This document shows positions 1 through 10,041 of a stretch of 61,486 nt of DNA, one piece after another; positions within the stretch are counted from its first letter, which is position 1, and every line of letters starts with the position of its first letter. Made by a program: the position numbers and the translations under genes. The stretch covers positions 1 through 61,486 of the forward strand of contig JBFOMH010000022.1 in NCBI GenBank assembly GCA_040830765.1, read 5' to 3'. The stretch comes from Puniceicoccaceae bacterium. Lineage in GTDB: Bacteria > Verrucomicrobiota > Verrucomicrobiia > Opitutales > Oceanipulchritudinaceae. The notes below the pieces were generated by a model. That model was not told the DNA's origin and ran no database searches. It worked only from the letters and a program-made list of their open reading frames with translations.

Positions 1-727
1 CCGTGGTCAATTTCTGCTTTTTGGGCGTTTCCGGGGAAACTTTTCCAGCCGCAGGGCTGGAAGGCTGCTCATCAATCGGAGGCTCTGGCTCAGTGACAAG
101 GGACTTGGAGGGTGTTTGGCCGGGTGGGGGAGGCCTGTCCTCAGCGCCAATGCCCGCTGGGGAAAGGGTTGGACCGGCCGGCCCGGCAGGTGCTTTTTTG
201 GCGGCCTCCTCGGGCTTGCTATCAGATACTTCCTTCTCCGCCGGTTGGTTCTCCGGCTTGCTGCCGGATTCGATGGGCTTCAATGGTGCCAGGGAAGGCT
301 TTTGCTCAGAGCCTGCCTTTGACTGGCCTGTTGCGGAAGAAAGATCCGTCTTCAGGGCCTCCTCAGGGGCCATCGGGTTGACTTTCCAGAGCAGACCGGA
401 TTCCCAGGTAAACTCCTTTTGCCTCAACAAACTGAAGCCGCCACCTCTGGCATGGTAGTGGTCGAGGCGAACCTTTTTGGGTGGGGTTTGCCACTTTGGG
501 GCCTGTTTGGTCCACTCCCCCTGAAATTCCCAGTCGCCCTCCCACTGGGCGGCCATGAGGTGCAAATGGTCCGGATGGTCACTCCGGGTGATGTACTCCA
601 TCAGGTGGTCGAGGGAGAACTTGTTTTCATCCGCGTACGTTTCCGCCGCTTCCCACGAATTGAAGACGCCTTGAGCGCTGCCCTTGTCAACAAGGACAAA
701 AACGCGCTGCCGCCCCGATGGGCCCAT
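1..727 (-). CDS. Hypothetical protein, partial (runs off the left edge); Trp-rich N-terminal domain followed by a Pro/Ser/Glu/Lys-rich linker
   Basis: Not in the ORF track because no stop falls inside the window. Manual translation from ATG at 727 (MGPSGRQRVFVLVDKGSAQGVFNSWEAAETYADENKF...) stays open to position 1. It starts 2 nt after the stop of 730..1071. Confidence 0.7.
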   Translation of the reverse strand, partial: MGPSGRQRVFVLVDKGSAQGVFNSWEAAETYADENKFSLDHLMEYITRSDHPDHLHLMAAQWEGDWEFQGEWTKQAPKWQTPPKKVRLDHYHARGGGFSLLRQKEFTWESGLLWKVNPMAPEEALKTDLSSATGQSKAGSEQKPSLAPLKPIESGSKPENQPAEKEVSDSKPEEAAKKAPAGPAGPTLSPAGIGAEDRPPPPGQTPSKSLVTEPEPPIDEQPSSPAAGKVSPETPKKQKLTT

Positions 728-729
728 GC

Positions 730-1071
730 CTAGGGAGCCCGCCATGCCAGTCCCCCCTCCGACAATACGAGTCGCCCGGTATGCAAATGTCCGTCATCTA
801 CCTGCTGATCCAGCTTGACGGCATCCTCAAGTGAGGCGCAGCGGACCCAGCCTGAGGAAAACGATTTCTGGTCAATGGGCTGCCAAGGCTCAATCCACTG
901 CTGCTCCTCCAGGGATTGCTGCAAGGCCCGCTCCGTCTGCCCAACCCAGCCCATGTCCGGCCAGAAGTAAGCCACCCCTGAGGGGATAGCCAGCCCGGCC
1001 AGTGCCAGGAGCCACAGCTTGACGTAGACAGAAAGAGGAGGATCAACGACGTGAATGTGCTCAGAAGCCAT
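730..1071 (-). CDS. Small hypothetical membrane protein
   Basis: 113-aa ORF with one hydrophobic helix (VYVKLWLLALAGLAIPSGVAYFW). It overlaps the PilX-like gene end by 11 nt, consistent with operon coupling. Confidence 0.6.
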   Translation of the reverse strand: MASEHIHVVDPPLSVYVKLWLLALAGLAIPSGVAYFWPDMGWVGQTERALQQSLEEQQWIEPWQPIDQKSFSSGWVRCASLEDAVKLDQQVDDGHLHTGRLVLSEGGLAWRAP

Positions 1072-2506
1072 GCTTTAGGATGGACGCCATCTTCTGGCGC
1101 TCCCCGGCATCTGTCAACTCTACCCAACGAGTAACTTTCTTGGCGTCCTCATCCTCGAGATCGGCCAGGTCCTCGTCATAGTGGAACTGGTAACCACCCC
1201 CGAAGGTGATCGTGTTACCGACAACGGCACCAAACATCTCGCCGCCCTTACCGGAACCATCGAGGGAAATCTCCGCATTCGGGGCATAAACCGCACCCGA
1301 GAAGGAACCATTGCCATGAAGCGTGAAGTCCACGCTGTCGGTTGCCGTGGGCGTGCCAAAGCTGGTCAGAAGGACATTCACCGGCTCCCCTGGAGACGTG
1401 TCGCTGCGGACCAGGAGCTCCGAGTCAACTGCTCCACCATTGAGGAACGCTGCCGCCGGGCCACCGAGGACAAAGTCATCCCCGACGTTGATTTCCAGAG
1501 TGGCATCCCGTGTGACAACCGAACCATCAGGAAGGACGTCTCCCTTCTTGGCCAATAGCACTGTTCCGTTGATATCGATATCATTTTCCACGTTGAGGAC
1601 AACGTCCCCATAAACGATCAGTGCCTCCTTGGACTTGATTTCGAAGTCTTGGTAATTGTAGGTATCCACCGAACTGTCGTCAGTCCCGAGGCTGTAGACA
1701 TCGTATTTGCCTGTCGCTGAAGCGGTGGAGGAGGGCATGGCGTCGAAAGTGCTGAAGGTAATGACTTCCGGATCCGGCAGGGCAGCATAGAAATCGAGGG
1801 CGATGCGGTTAAGGTCGACCCGCACCCCGGCCGGTGTGTCCTTACCCCGTACCGAACCGTTCTTGAGGATGGTGACTTCGCTCTTTATGCTACCCCCGGT
1901 GGCGGCCGTTCCCCAGATGTCCGCATTGCCGAGGTTAAGATCGTCCTCAATGAGCGACAGGCTGGCAACGGATCCATTGTCGTTCCGGTTGAGGGTGGTA
2001 TCGTAGGCCCCTAAACTGGACCGGTAGCTGTCGACGGCAATATTCTGACCGTTGAACTTGATGGTTTGCTTGGCCAGGACGCCATTGGCGAAAAGGCTCC
2101 GGTTGCCCAGCTCGATGTAAATCTGCTTGTTGATGACGATGCCGTTACGGTTGGCAATCTGGCCCTCGGCGATGGCCCGAGGCGGGCTGTGATTGGGCTC
2201 GACATAGACCTTGGCCGAACGGCGTTCGTTGCGGTAGACAATATCAATCCGCGGGAAGGCGCTGCGGTATTTGCCGCTGCTACGGTCTGTCCAGCCAGAC
2301 CAGTCACCGGACTTGACCGAATAGATGGCATATTCAAGACCGGCCTCGGCAATATTGACGGCCTGGAAAGCCATCCGGGAGCGGTAGGAATTCCGTGCTT
2401 CAGCGGTTATTGTGCTCAGGAAGAGCCCGACCAGTGAACCCGTGACAAGGGTCACGATCAGGGCGGCTATCATAATGGAACCATTGCTATTTTTATTCAC
2501 CAACAT
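1061..2506 (-). CDS. PilX-like minor pilin / pilus-assembly protein with a large C-terminal beta-rich domain
   Basis: N-terminal G-S-I-M-I-A-A-L hydrophobic segment lacking Glu5 and AVNIAEAGLEYA (PilX N-terminal pattern). C-terminal GAVYAPNA...GAVVGNTI repeats. Lies downstream of two prepilin genes. Confidence 0.75.
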   Translation of the reverse strand: MLVNKNSNGSIMIAALIVTLVTGSLVGLFLSTITAEARNSYRSRMAFQAVNIAEAGLEYAIYSVKSGDWSGWTDRSSGKYRSAFPRIDIVYRNERRSAKVYVEPNHSPPRAIAEGQIANRNGIVINKQIYIELGNRSLFANGVLAKQTIKFNGQNIAVDSYRSSLGAYDTTLNRNDNGSVASLSLIEDDLNLGNADIWGTAATGGSIKSEVTILKNGSVRGKDTPAGVRVDLNRIALDFYAALPDPEVITFSTFDAMPSSTASATGKYDVYSLGTDDSSVDTYNYQDFEIKSKEALIVYGDVVLNVENDIDINGTVLLAKKGDVLPDGSVVTRDATLEINVGDDFVLGGPAAAFLNGGAVDSELLVRSDTSPGEPVNVLLTSFGTPTATDSVDFTLHGNGSFSGAVYAPNAEISLDGSGKGGEMFGAVVGNTITFGGGYQFHYDEDLADLEDEDAKKVTRWVELTDAGERQKMASILKHGF

Positions 2507-3125
2507 CTTTATTCCTCATCATGAAGCGGGCAGAGAGAATGTAGTTCGTATTGTCCAGGTTGAGTACCGTCCGCTTCAGTTTAGCTTCCAACTGGACGTG
2601 TTTTACCTCTAGTCGGGTCCGGGCAATCGGGTCGTAATTGGGTATTTCCGGATCGACCAGGCGGTAATAAAAGAAATTCATTTGCTCGACATCGTAGAGG
2701 AGGGTCTCCCGATCCTTGGCTATTTCACCCACAGGATAATAAGGAGGCGCGACAGGCGTTGTCCAAACAGACCGGACAAAGGTACCGGCTTCCGGCACAT
2801 GCTGGTAAATGATGTACCGCTTCTCATACTTGCCTGATTTGGAATCCCAGACTTCCCGCAGGATGGAGACCTTGTTGGTCGTAAACTCGTAAACGTTCTC
2901 TGACATCCGGGCATCGCGGGCAAACAACTCGAGAGCTTTCCGGGTCTGTGTGTTCATCTCCGTGAAGTTGATCATGCTCTCGGAACCCTTGGCCAGGCTA
3001 ATGATAGTGGCGTAGGAAGAGGCGAGAATGAACACGGAAATCACCATGGCCACCAGTACTTCGACCAGGGAGAAACCCGACTTTGAATTTCGCTGCTTAT
3101 TCATCATGGTATTCAAGGGTTTCAT
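2493..3125 (-). CDS. Prepilin-type N-terminal cleavage/methylation protein (PilW/PulJ-like minor pilin)
   Basis: Class III signal KSG|FSLVEVLVAMVISVFIL. Confidence 0.85.
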   Translation of the reverse strand: MKPLNTMMNKQRNSKSGFSLVEVLVAMVISVFILASSYATIISLAKGSESMINFTEMNTQTRKALELFARDARMSENVYEFTTNKVSILREVWDSKSGKYEKRYIIYQHVPEAGTFVRSVWTTPVAPPYYPVGEIAKDRETLLYDVEQMNFFYYRLVDPEIPNYDPIARTRLEVKHVQLEAKLKRTVLNLDNTNYILSARFMMRNKDVGE

Positions 3126-3587
3126 TTAAATATCCCGATAGTAGTAATCGTTGAGACCGTCCTGAGTGAAAACGGTCGTGAAAAGCTGGTAGACCAGAAC
3201 ATTGCGGGAGTTGGTCCAGCGGACCACTACGACCACCCAGTACATGGGCTTGCTGTCCGGATGCTTTTGGACAATGCGGTAGGCGGTATAGTCCTTGGCG
3301 TACTGCTTGACGAAGGTACCCTGGGGCTCGAAAAACTCGACCGGATTGTTGTTGTACATATCCGTCAACTGGGCCCAGTTCTTGGTCCGTAATCGCTCCA
3401 GCTCACTTTGGATGATTTGTGAGGCCCGGACTTCCTCCCGGGCATCCTGGATAATCCGCATCCCGAGGAAGTAGGATCCAAAGGCTGCCGTGAAGACAAT
3501 GGCCATCAGGACCATGCCGATCATGACCTCGACCAGTGTGAATCCGGCCTTCCCTGAAGGGTCTGTATGTTTCTGTAATCCCCGCAT
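3126..3587 (-). CDS. Prepilin-type N-terminal cleavage/methylation protein (PilV/PulI-like minor pilin)
   Basis: KAG|FTLVEVMIGMVLMAIVF. Start placed at ATG 3587 rather than the upstream TTG at 3641. Confidence 0.85.
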   Translation of the reverse strand: MRGLQKHTDPSGKAGFTLVEVMIGMVLMAIVFTAAFGSYFLGMRIIQDAREEVRASQIIQSELERLRTKNWAQLTDMYNNNPVEFFEPQGTFVKQYAKDYTAYRIVQKHPDSKPMYWVVVVVRWTNSRNVLVYQLFTTVFTQDGLNDYYYRDI

Positions 3588-3697
3588 AATATGCTGCTCC
3601 TTTGTAAATGGCAGAATGCGGGAATTGGAACCTTCTCTCAAGAGAATTTAGGTCCGAGGTGTTTATTTAATTTTTTTTAACACGCTACTTTACGCCC

Positions 3698-4903
3698 CTA
3701 ATCCGCCAGCATGCTGGAGAAATAGCCGGAGTAGATGCTGTAGCTGAGCAGGGCCATGATGGGGACCATGAAACCTCCCAGGCCGGGAACCAGCTGCAGG
3801 GTAATCAGGAGCAGGAAGACCAGTTTGACCAGCCACCTGAGGACAAAGCCCCGGCCACTTGGGATATAGGCCCTAAACGGGGCCACCAGCTGGATCCGGT
3901 AATAGATAATTCCCGGGATGAGGCCGATGATCGGTATCAGGCTGAGAACAAAGGTCACTCCCAGGACCTTGGGCAGGCGATTGCGGACACGCGCGATATA
4001 GGCGGCTTGGTCTTCCGGTTTGCCCAAAATTGTGTTCCGGCAGGCCGGGCAGGCTTGTGGCAGCTTGCGTTCCGTGACCCGGGTGGCACACTTGGGGCAG
4101 CGGCGCCTGCTGATAAGCCGCAGCTCATGCTGAGGAAGCTCCTGGGCCGGCCGGTCGACGGTCTGTCCGAAAAATCCGACATCCTTGAGGTCGGTCTGCT
4201 CGGTATGGCAATTGGGGCAGGTCTGGGCACAGGCGAAAACCAGGTTGTCACAAGTGGGGCAGTCTCGCTTGGAGCGGGCTTCCCGGTATTCGGCAATCTT
4301 CCGCATCAGGAAAAGGAACCCGAGGACGATCCCGACGAGCGTCAAAATAGCTAGTGGATAGAGGAACAGGAACCAAATCCCGACTGCCGCCCAGATGTCC
4401 TCAAACCAGCTGATCAGGGTACGAAAGCTCAAGTCGTCATCCGGATCAGCAATGAACAGCAATTCCATGAACCCTGACCGGAGGGTATTGAAGAAGAAGA
4501 CGAGTCCTCCAAAGACGGCTGAGAAGACCATGTCAAAGACTCCGGCCTGGCTGATGGTCTGCTCGATAAAGCTCAGGTCACGGGTGTTCAGGACACCGAG
4601 GGCGGTAATGGCGGCCAGGCCAGTCTTGGTATATTTATGCAGTTCATCCAGGGCTTCTTGGGCTTCCGGGATCTTCGTAGCACCTACCTCCAGGAGGGAG
4701 AGAACGCCGAGAAAGAGAATGGTGAAGTTGCTGGTAAACCAGGTTGGCTCGGAGCCGGTGGCCTGAATGAATTCAACATTGCCGAGCCACGGAAAGTGGT
4801 GCCCATAGCGCAGAAAGACGGAAGTCAGAAACGCAGGGATGAAAGCACGGGAGGTGAAGAACCCGCTGGCGCCGGTCATGTAGATTAGCGATGAAATATC
4901 CAT
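3698..4903 (-). CDS. Multi-pass membrane protein (DUF4126-like N-terminus) with central zinc-ribbon CxxC motifs
   Basis: Several hydrophobic helices; SRAFIP and LEVGATKIP resemble DUF4126; cysteine pairs CPTC, CPNC, CPKC, CPAC. Confidence 0.65.
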   Translation of the reverse strand: MDISSLIYMTGASGFFTSRAFIPAFLTSVFLRYGHHFPWLGNVEFIQATGSEPTWFTSNFTILFLGVLSLLEVGATKIPEAQEALDELHKYTKTGLAAITALGVLNTRDLSFIEQTISQAGVFDMVFSAVFGGLVFFFNTLRSGFMELLFIADPDDDLSFRTLISWFEDIWAAVGIWFLFLYPLAILTLVGIVLGFLFLMRKIAEYREARSKRDCPTCDNLVFACAQTCPNCHTEQTDLKDVGFFGQTVDRPAQELPQHELRLISRRRCPKCATRVTERKLPQACPACRNTILGKPEDQAAYIARVRNRLPKVLGVTFVLSLIPIIGLIPGIIYYRIQLVAPFRAYIPSGRGFVLRWLVKLVFLLLITLQLVPGLGGFMVPIMALLSYSIYSGYFSSMLAD

Positions 4904-4981
4904 GTTGGTGTGGCTTTAATTGGCGGTGAATTTGACAAATGATTCCACGATGGACGAGGTAAAATTCCCTTTCTAGGGGAT

Positions 4982-6367
4982 TCAACCCCCCAGTTCATCG
5001 ACAATATCCTCAAGGGGATAGCTCCAGATTTCGGACAGGGTGGGGTGGTACCAGTGGACCTTCAGGAGGTCCTTAACGTAGGCACCCATGGAAACACCCA
5101 CGGCCATGGCATGGATCAGCTCACCGGCGTCCTTGCCGACGCATTCGGCCCCGATCAAGCGGCCATCCGCCCGGTTGGCCCATGCCTTTACATAACCATA
5201 TTTGGCTTCCATAAGGATGGATTTGCCATGGTCGTCGAAGGGGTAATCCGCCACCACCAGGTCCATTCCCTGGTTGCGGGCTTCCTCTACCGGCAATCCG
5301 GCCGAGGCCACCTGGGGATCCGTGAAGACAACACTGGTCCGGGTGTCGAGGTTGACTGGTTCCGTTGACCGGCCGGTAGCATGGCGGGCAGCGACTTCCC
5401 CTTGCATGATGGCGATGTGGACTATCTCGTAGGGCCCGCAGACATCACCCGCGGCGTAGACATTGGGATTGCTGGTCTGCTGGTTGGCATCCGTGGCAAT
5501 TTGTCCGTTCGGCTTGAGGGAGATGCCCGCTGCCTCGAGGTCCAGCCCCGCAATAGCCGGGACCCTTCCGAGGGCATTGACAAGGTGCCTGGCTGACGCT
5601 GCAAAGGCCCCGTCGCCCTCCTCGAAGTGGACCGTGAAGCCGTCCGCATTCTGTTCAATCTCCCGCAGCCGGGTTCCGGTGTAGAGTTTGATGCCCTCGT
5701 CCCGGAAGGCCTGCATGACCACCCCGGCCGCTTCGGGGGAAGTTTCCTTGAGGATGATCGGGCTACGCTGGATCTGGGTCACCTTGCTCCCGACCCGGTG
5801 AAGGAACTGGGCCAGCTCGCAGGCGACAACGCCCCCGCCGAGGACAATGACCGACTCTGGCAACTCGGCGAGGTCAAGCACATCATCGCTGGTCCAGATG
5901 TCCTCGCTGTCGAGTCCAGGTATGGCCGGGAAGTTGACCACGGAACCGGTGGCAATGATGAAGGTCCCCGCCTTGATTTCCGTGCCGGATGTTTCCAGCC
6001 GGACGGTATCCGGTCCTGTAAACCGGGCCTTTTCGCGGATCAGGGTAAAGCGGTCCGACTGCAACTGCTCCTGCCGGTAGCTCTTGAAATCGTCAATCAT
6101 GCGCACCTTGCGCCGGTGCAGTTCCGGCATGTCGACCCGGGCGGAGGGGATGTCCAGCCCGAAGAGTTTTCCCTCCCGGGCGAGGTGGAGAACCTCGGCA
6201 GAATAGATGAGGGTCTTCGAGGGCATGCAACCGCGGAGAATACAGAGCCCTCCCAGTTCGGCTGAATTGTCGATAATGGCGACTTTATCCGTGGTTTCCC
6301 TCGCGGTCCGGGCGGCTGCGTAACCGGCTGATCCGCCCCCGATGATGACGACGTCAAATGACTCCAT
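4982..6367 (-). CDS. Pyridine nucleotide-disulfide oxidoreductase, class I (dihydrolipoamide dehydrogenase family)
   Basis: GGGSAG FAD motif, redox pair GGLCILRGCMPSK, GGGVVACE NAD motif, YAAGD, C-terminal HPTLSE. Confidence 0.9.
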   Translation of the reverse strand: MESFDVVIIGGGSAGYAAARTARETTDKVAIIDNSAELGGLCILRGCMPSKTLIYSAEVLHLAREGKLFGLDIPSARVDMPELHRRKVRMIDDFKSYRQEQLQSDRFTLIREKARFTGPDTVRLETSGTEIKAGTFIIATGSVVNFPAIPGLDSEDIWTSDDVLDLAELPESVIVLGGGVVACELAQFLHRVGSKVTQIQRSPIILKETSPEAAGVVMQAFRDEGIKLYTGTRLREIEQNADGFTVHFEEGDGAFAASARHLVNALGRVPAIAGLDLEAAGISLKPNGQIATDANQQTSNPNVYAAGDVCGPYEIVHIAIMQGEVAARHATGRSTEPVNLDTRTSVVFTDPQVASAGLPVEEARNQGMDLVVADYPFDDHGKSILMEAKYGYVKAWANRADGRLIGAECVGKDAGELIHAMAVGVSMGAYVKDLLKVHWYHPTLSEIWSYPLEDIVDELGG

Positions 6368-6499
6368 GGGGAGAAGTTAGGGCTTCTGCACCCCGCGGGC
6401 AAGTCCGGGGCGGGAAAAGTCCGGTCCCTAGGGCAAGATACTGGAAGAAGGGATTGCCAAGCGGACTTTCGTTTATCTACGCTACGCGGCTTTGCATCC

Positions 6500-8098
6500 A
6501 TGAAAATCCTAATAGCTGACAAGATTTCAGAGAGCGGAGTTCAGTATCTCCGGGAACAGGAAGGTGTCGAGGTCGTCGAGGCCTACGGCTCCAGTCCCGA
6601 AGCGTTAAAGGAAATGGCCTCAGATGTTGAGGCCATTATTGTTCGTTCCGCCTCCAGCGTGACCCGCGAAATCATCGAGGCCGCCCCGCGCCTCAAGGCC
6701 GTTGGCCGGGCCGGAGTGGGAGTCGACAATATTGATGTCGAGGCCGCTAGCGACCGGGGCATCATCGTCATGAACACCCCCGGGGGCAATACCATCGCCA
6801 CCGCGGAACTGACCTTTACCCATATCCTCTGTTCCGCCCGGCCCATCCCGCAGGCCAATGCCTCGATGAAGGCGGGCAAGTGGGACAAGAAGGCTTTCCA
6901 GGGAAGCGAACTTTACCAGAAGACCATCGGGATCCTCGGCCTGGGCCGTATTGGATCCGAGGTGGCCAAGCGGGCCAAGGCCTTCGGGATGACCGTCCTG
7001 GCCCATGATCCGTACCTGACAACCGCCCGTGCGGAGCAATTGGAGGTACAAAAGGTGGACTTGGAGACCGTCTTCCAGAACGCCGACTACATCACGGTCC
7101 ACATGCCGAAGACGGAAGCGACGGCCAACCTGCTCAATGCCAAGGCCTTTGCGCAGATGAAGGACGGGGTCCGCATCATCAATTGTGCCCGCGGAGGCCT
7201 CGTCGACGAGGTGGCCCTCGGGGAGGCGATCGCGAGCGGCAAGGTGGCGGCAGCCGGCCTTGATGTCTTTGTCGACGAGCCGCTGGCTGATGACAGTCCC
7301 TTGCGGGAACTGGACAAGCTGGTCATGACGCCGCACCTCGGCGCCTCGACCACCGAGGCCCAGGAGAATGTCGGGCTCGAGGTGGCTGAGTGCATCCATG
7401 AGGCCCTGACCGGTGGCTGGATCCGCAACGCCATCAATGCGCCGTCCATCGATCCGAAGCAGCTTCAGGTTTTGCGGCCCTACATCAATCTTGCCTACAA
7501 GCTGGGAACGGTCATTCAGCAACTGACCCCGGAGGAGATCGACCGCATTCGTATCACCTATTCCGGCAAGCTGGTCCACAGTACCGTCAAGCCGATCAAC
7601 CGGGCCTTCCAGCGTGGTTACCTCCGCCGCATCACCACCGATGTCAACGATGTCAACGCGCCCCGGATTATGGAGCGCCTTGGGATCGGCGGGGAGATAG
7701 TCCAGGACAACCTCGAACGGGACTACACCGAGCTGATCCGGATTGAAGCCTATGACGCCACGGGCCAGGCTTATTCAATCGAAGGAACATTGATTGGAAA
7801 GTCTCACAGTCCACGCCTGACCCTGGTCAACGAGCGCAACATCGAGAGCCCGCTGGATGAAAAATATTTGCTGGTGCTCGAGAACGAGGACATTCCGGGT
7901 ATTGTCGGCATGGTCGGGACGGTCCTGGCCAAGCATAACCTGAACATTTCCAACATGTCCCTGAGCCGGAACACCGTGGGCGGTATCGCGCTCAATATCT
8001 GTGGACTGGACAGTGAACCTTCCGAGGAAGTCCTCGGGGAAATCAAGGCCGACCCGGCCATCAAGGAATTGCGGGTGGTCAATTTGAATGGAGCCTGA
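6500..8098 (+). CDS. serA: D-3-phosphoglycerate dehydrogenase (type I, with ACT domain)
   Basis: GRAGVGVDNID, GLGRIG, INCARGG, TPHLGAST and a C-terminal ACT domain. Confidence 0.95.
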   Translation: MKILIADKISESGVQYLREQEGVEVVEAYGSSPEALKEMASDVEAIIVRSASSVTREIIEAAPRLKAVGRAGVGVDNIDVEAASDRGIIVMNTPGGNTIATAELTFTHILCSARPIPQANASMKAGKWDKKAFQGSELYQKTIGILGLGRIGSEVAKRAKAFGMTVLAHDPYLTTARAEQLEVQKVDLETVFQNADYITVHMPKTEATANLLNAKAFAQMKDGVRIINCARGGLVDEVALGEAIASGKVAAAGLDVFVDEPLADDSPLRELDKLVMTPHLGASTTEAQENVGLEVAECIHEALTGGWIRNAINAPSIDPKQLQVLRPYINLAYKLGTVIQQLTPEEIDRIRITYSGKLVHSTVKPINRAFQRGYLRRITTDVNDVNAPRIMERLGIGGEIVQDNLERDYTELIRIEAYDATGQAYSIEGTLIGKSHSPRLTLVNERNIESPLDEKYLLVLENEDIPGIVGMVGTVLAKHNLNISNMSLSRNTVGGIALNICGLDSEPSEEVLGEIKADPAIKELRVVNLNGA

Positions 8099-8717
8099 GG
8101 TGAGTGCCTGGATTGCCTATGTCATTGTCATAAGTGCCGGCTACCTCGTCGGCTCGGTTTCCTTTGCGGTCCTTCTCTGCAAGGCCAAGGGGATCGACAT
8201 CTTTACAATTGGCAGTGGTAACCCGGGCGCAACCAATGTCCTTCGCGCACTTGGCAAGCCCTACGGCTATGCCTGTTTTGCCCTCGACGCCCTCAAGGGA
8301 GTGGCATCTGTCCTGATCGGATATGGAGTAGCCAGCCAGGTTGGACTGGCAGCCCAGCCACTCGGCATCGCGGGCCTTTTCGCGGCCATTCTCGGACACA
8401 GCTTTTCCGTCTTCCTGAGATTCAGGGGAGGAAAAGGGGTGGCAACCACCATCGGCGGACTTTTTGCGCTCATGCCGGAGGTGATAATTGTTGGTGCGGT
8501 CGTCTGGGTGATTGTCTTTTTCATCTGGCGTTACGTGTCCTTGGCTAGCATCGTACTTGCCGGCAGCCTGCCATTGGCTGCATGGTATTTTAACTATGAC
8601 CGCCTCGGCCTGGCCCTGTGCAGTGTTTTAGCGGTCTTGATCATTGTCCGGCATCGTTCGAATATCCAGCGCCTCATTGCTGGTACCGAGAACCGGGCCG
8701 GAGGGAAAAAGGAATGA
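8088..8717 (+). CDS. plsY: Glycerol-3-phosphate acyltransferase PlsY
   Basis: GSGNPGATN, DALKG, GHSFSVFLRFRGGKGVAT, HRSNIQRL. Confidence 0.95.
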   Translation: MEPEVSAWIAYVIVISAGYLVGSVSFAVLLCKAKGIDIFTIGSGNPGATNVLRALGKPYGYACFALDALKGVASVLIGYGVASQVGLAAQPLGIAGLFAAILGHSFSVFLRFRGGKGVATTIGGLFALMPEVIIVGAVVWVIVFFIWRYVSLASIVLAGSLPLAAWYFNYDRLGLALCSVLAVLIIVRHRSNIQRLIAGTENRAGGKKE

Positions 8718-10030
8718 CGAAAAATCCGGGAATTCGAATAGGCGTGGCCGGTCTGGGAACGGTCGGCCAGGGAGTATGGAAGCACCTGCGTTCGCGCAAG
8801 GCGGAACTGGAAGCAACCATGGGGACCTCCTTTTCGCTGAAAAAGGCGGCTGTCCGCAGCCTCAGGAAGAAGCGATCTGTGCGGGTTCCAGCGCGGTCCT
8901 TGACCGATGATGCGATGTCCCTTGCCACGGATCCCGAGATCGATGTCCTTTGCGAGCTCATGGGCGGGACCGATGAGGCCCTTGAGGTGACCAAGGCCGC
9001 CCTCAGTGCGGGCAAGACGGTGGTCACGGCGAACAAGGCCCTCCTGTGCCACCATGGGGAAAAGCTCTTCCGCCTGGCCAAGAAGCACGATGCGCACATC
9101 TACTTTGAAGCCAGCGTGGCTGGCGGTATTCCAATCATCAAGGCCCTGCGCGAGGGTCTGGTGGTCAACCACTTCCCCCTCATTTACGGAATCCTCAACG
9201 GGACCTGTAATTACATCCTGACGCGGATGGAGCGGGAAGGGCAGTCCTTTGACGCCATCCTTGAGGATGCCCGCCGCCTCGGTTATGTGGAAGCCGACGA
9301 AAGTCTCGATCTCGACGGCTGGGATGCCGCCCACAAGGCCGCCATTATCGCCTACCTGGCGCACGGGAAATGGATTCCGCTCAAGAAAATGCCGGTCGAG
9401 GGCATCCGGGACATTACCCTTGAGGATATCCAGTGGGCCCAGCGTCTCGGCTTCAAGATCAAGCTTCTCGGGCTGGTCATGCGGGACTTCAAGAAGGGCC
9501 ACGTTTATGCCAGCGTGCGGCCGGCCCTGGTGCCGAAGGACATGGTCCTGGCCAATGTCGATGGCGTCTTCAATGCCATTTCGGTCACCGGTGACATTGT
9601 CGGCGAAAGTGTCTACATAGGCCGGGGGGCCGGTCAGGACGCGACCGCCAGTGCTGTCATCAGCGACGTTGTCGATGCGGGGACTGCCATTGCGCATGGA
9701 ATCATGCCGGAAGAACCTCTTAACCGACATGACCTCAAGCTGGCCAAGCCGGAGGAGGTCTACCGTTCCTTCTACATCCGCCTGGCGGTGAAGGACCAGC
9801 CGGGCGTGCTGGCCGAGGTGGCCAGTATGCTCGCCGAACAAGGCGTCAGTATCGAGAGTGTCCTCCAGCGCCCGAACGGGAAAAAGGGTTCCGCCAACCT
9901 CATCCTGACCACCCATCTCTGTTCCGAGGCCGCCATGTCAGCGGCAACCCGGCAGCTGAAGCGCCACAAGTCGCTGCTCAAGAAGCCCTTCCTGCTGAGA
10001 ATCGCTGATTTTGCCCAACGGCTCGGCTAA
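8714..10030 (+). CDS. hom: Homoserine dehydrogenase with ACT domain
   Basis: GLGTVG, VVTANKA, FEASVAGGIPII, GILNGTCNYIL, GRGAG. ATG at 8714 overlaps the plsY stop (ATGA). Confidence 0.95.
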   Translation: MTKNPGIRIGVAGLGTVGQGVWKHLRSRKAELEATMGTSFSLKKAAVRSLRKKRSVRVPARSLTDDAMSLATDPEIDVLCELMGGTDEALEVTKAALSAGKTVVTANKALLCHHGEKLFRLAKKHDAHIYFEASVAGGIPIIKALREGLVVNHFPLIYGILNGTCNYILTRMEREGQSFDAILEDARRLGYVEADESLDLDGWDAAHKAAIIAYLAHGKWIPLKKMPVEGIRDITLEDIQWAQRLGFKIKLLGLVMRDFKKGHVYASVRPALVPKDMVLANVDGVFNAISVTGDIVGESVYIGRGAGQDATASAVISDVVDAGTAIAHGIMPEEPLNRHDLKLAKPEEVYRSFYIRLAVKDQPGVLAEVASMLAEQGVSIESVLQRPNGKKGSANLILTTHLCSEAAMSAATRQLKRHKSLLKKPFLLRIADFAQRLG

Positions 10031-10041
10031 TTAATTTCGCT

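Noticed and set aside
3..733. Plus-strand ORFs 3..458 and 419..733
   Set aside because: They are antisense to the open minus-strand frame starting at 727, which continues the upstream operon.
4982..6367. Mercuric reductase MerA
   Set aside because: No C-terminal Cys-Cys pair, no N-terminal HMA domain and no mer genes. The HPTLSE motif fits the lipoamide dehydrogenase-like group.
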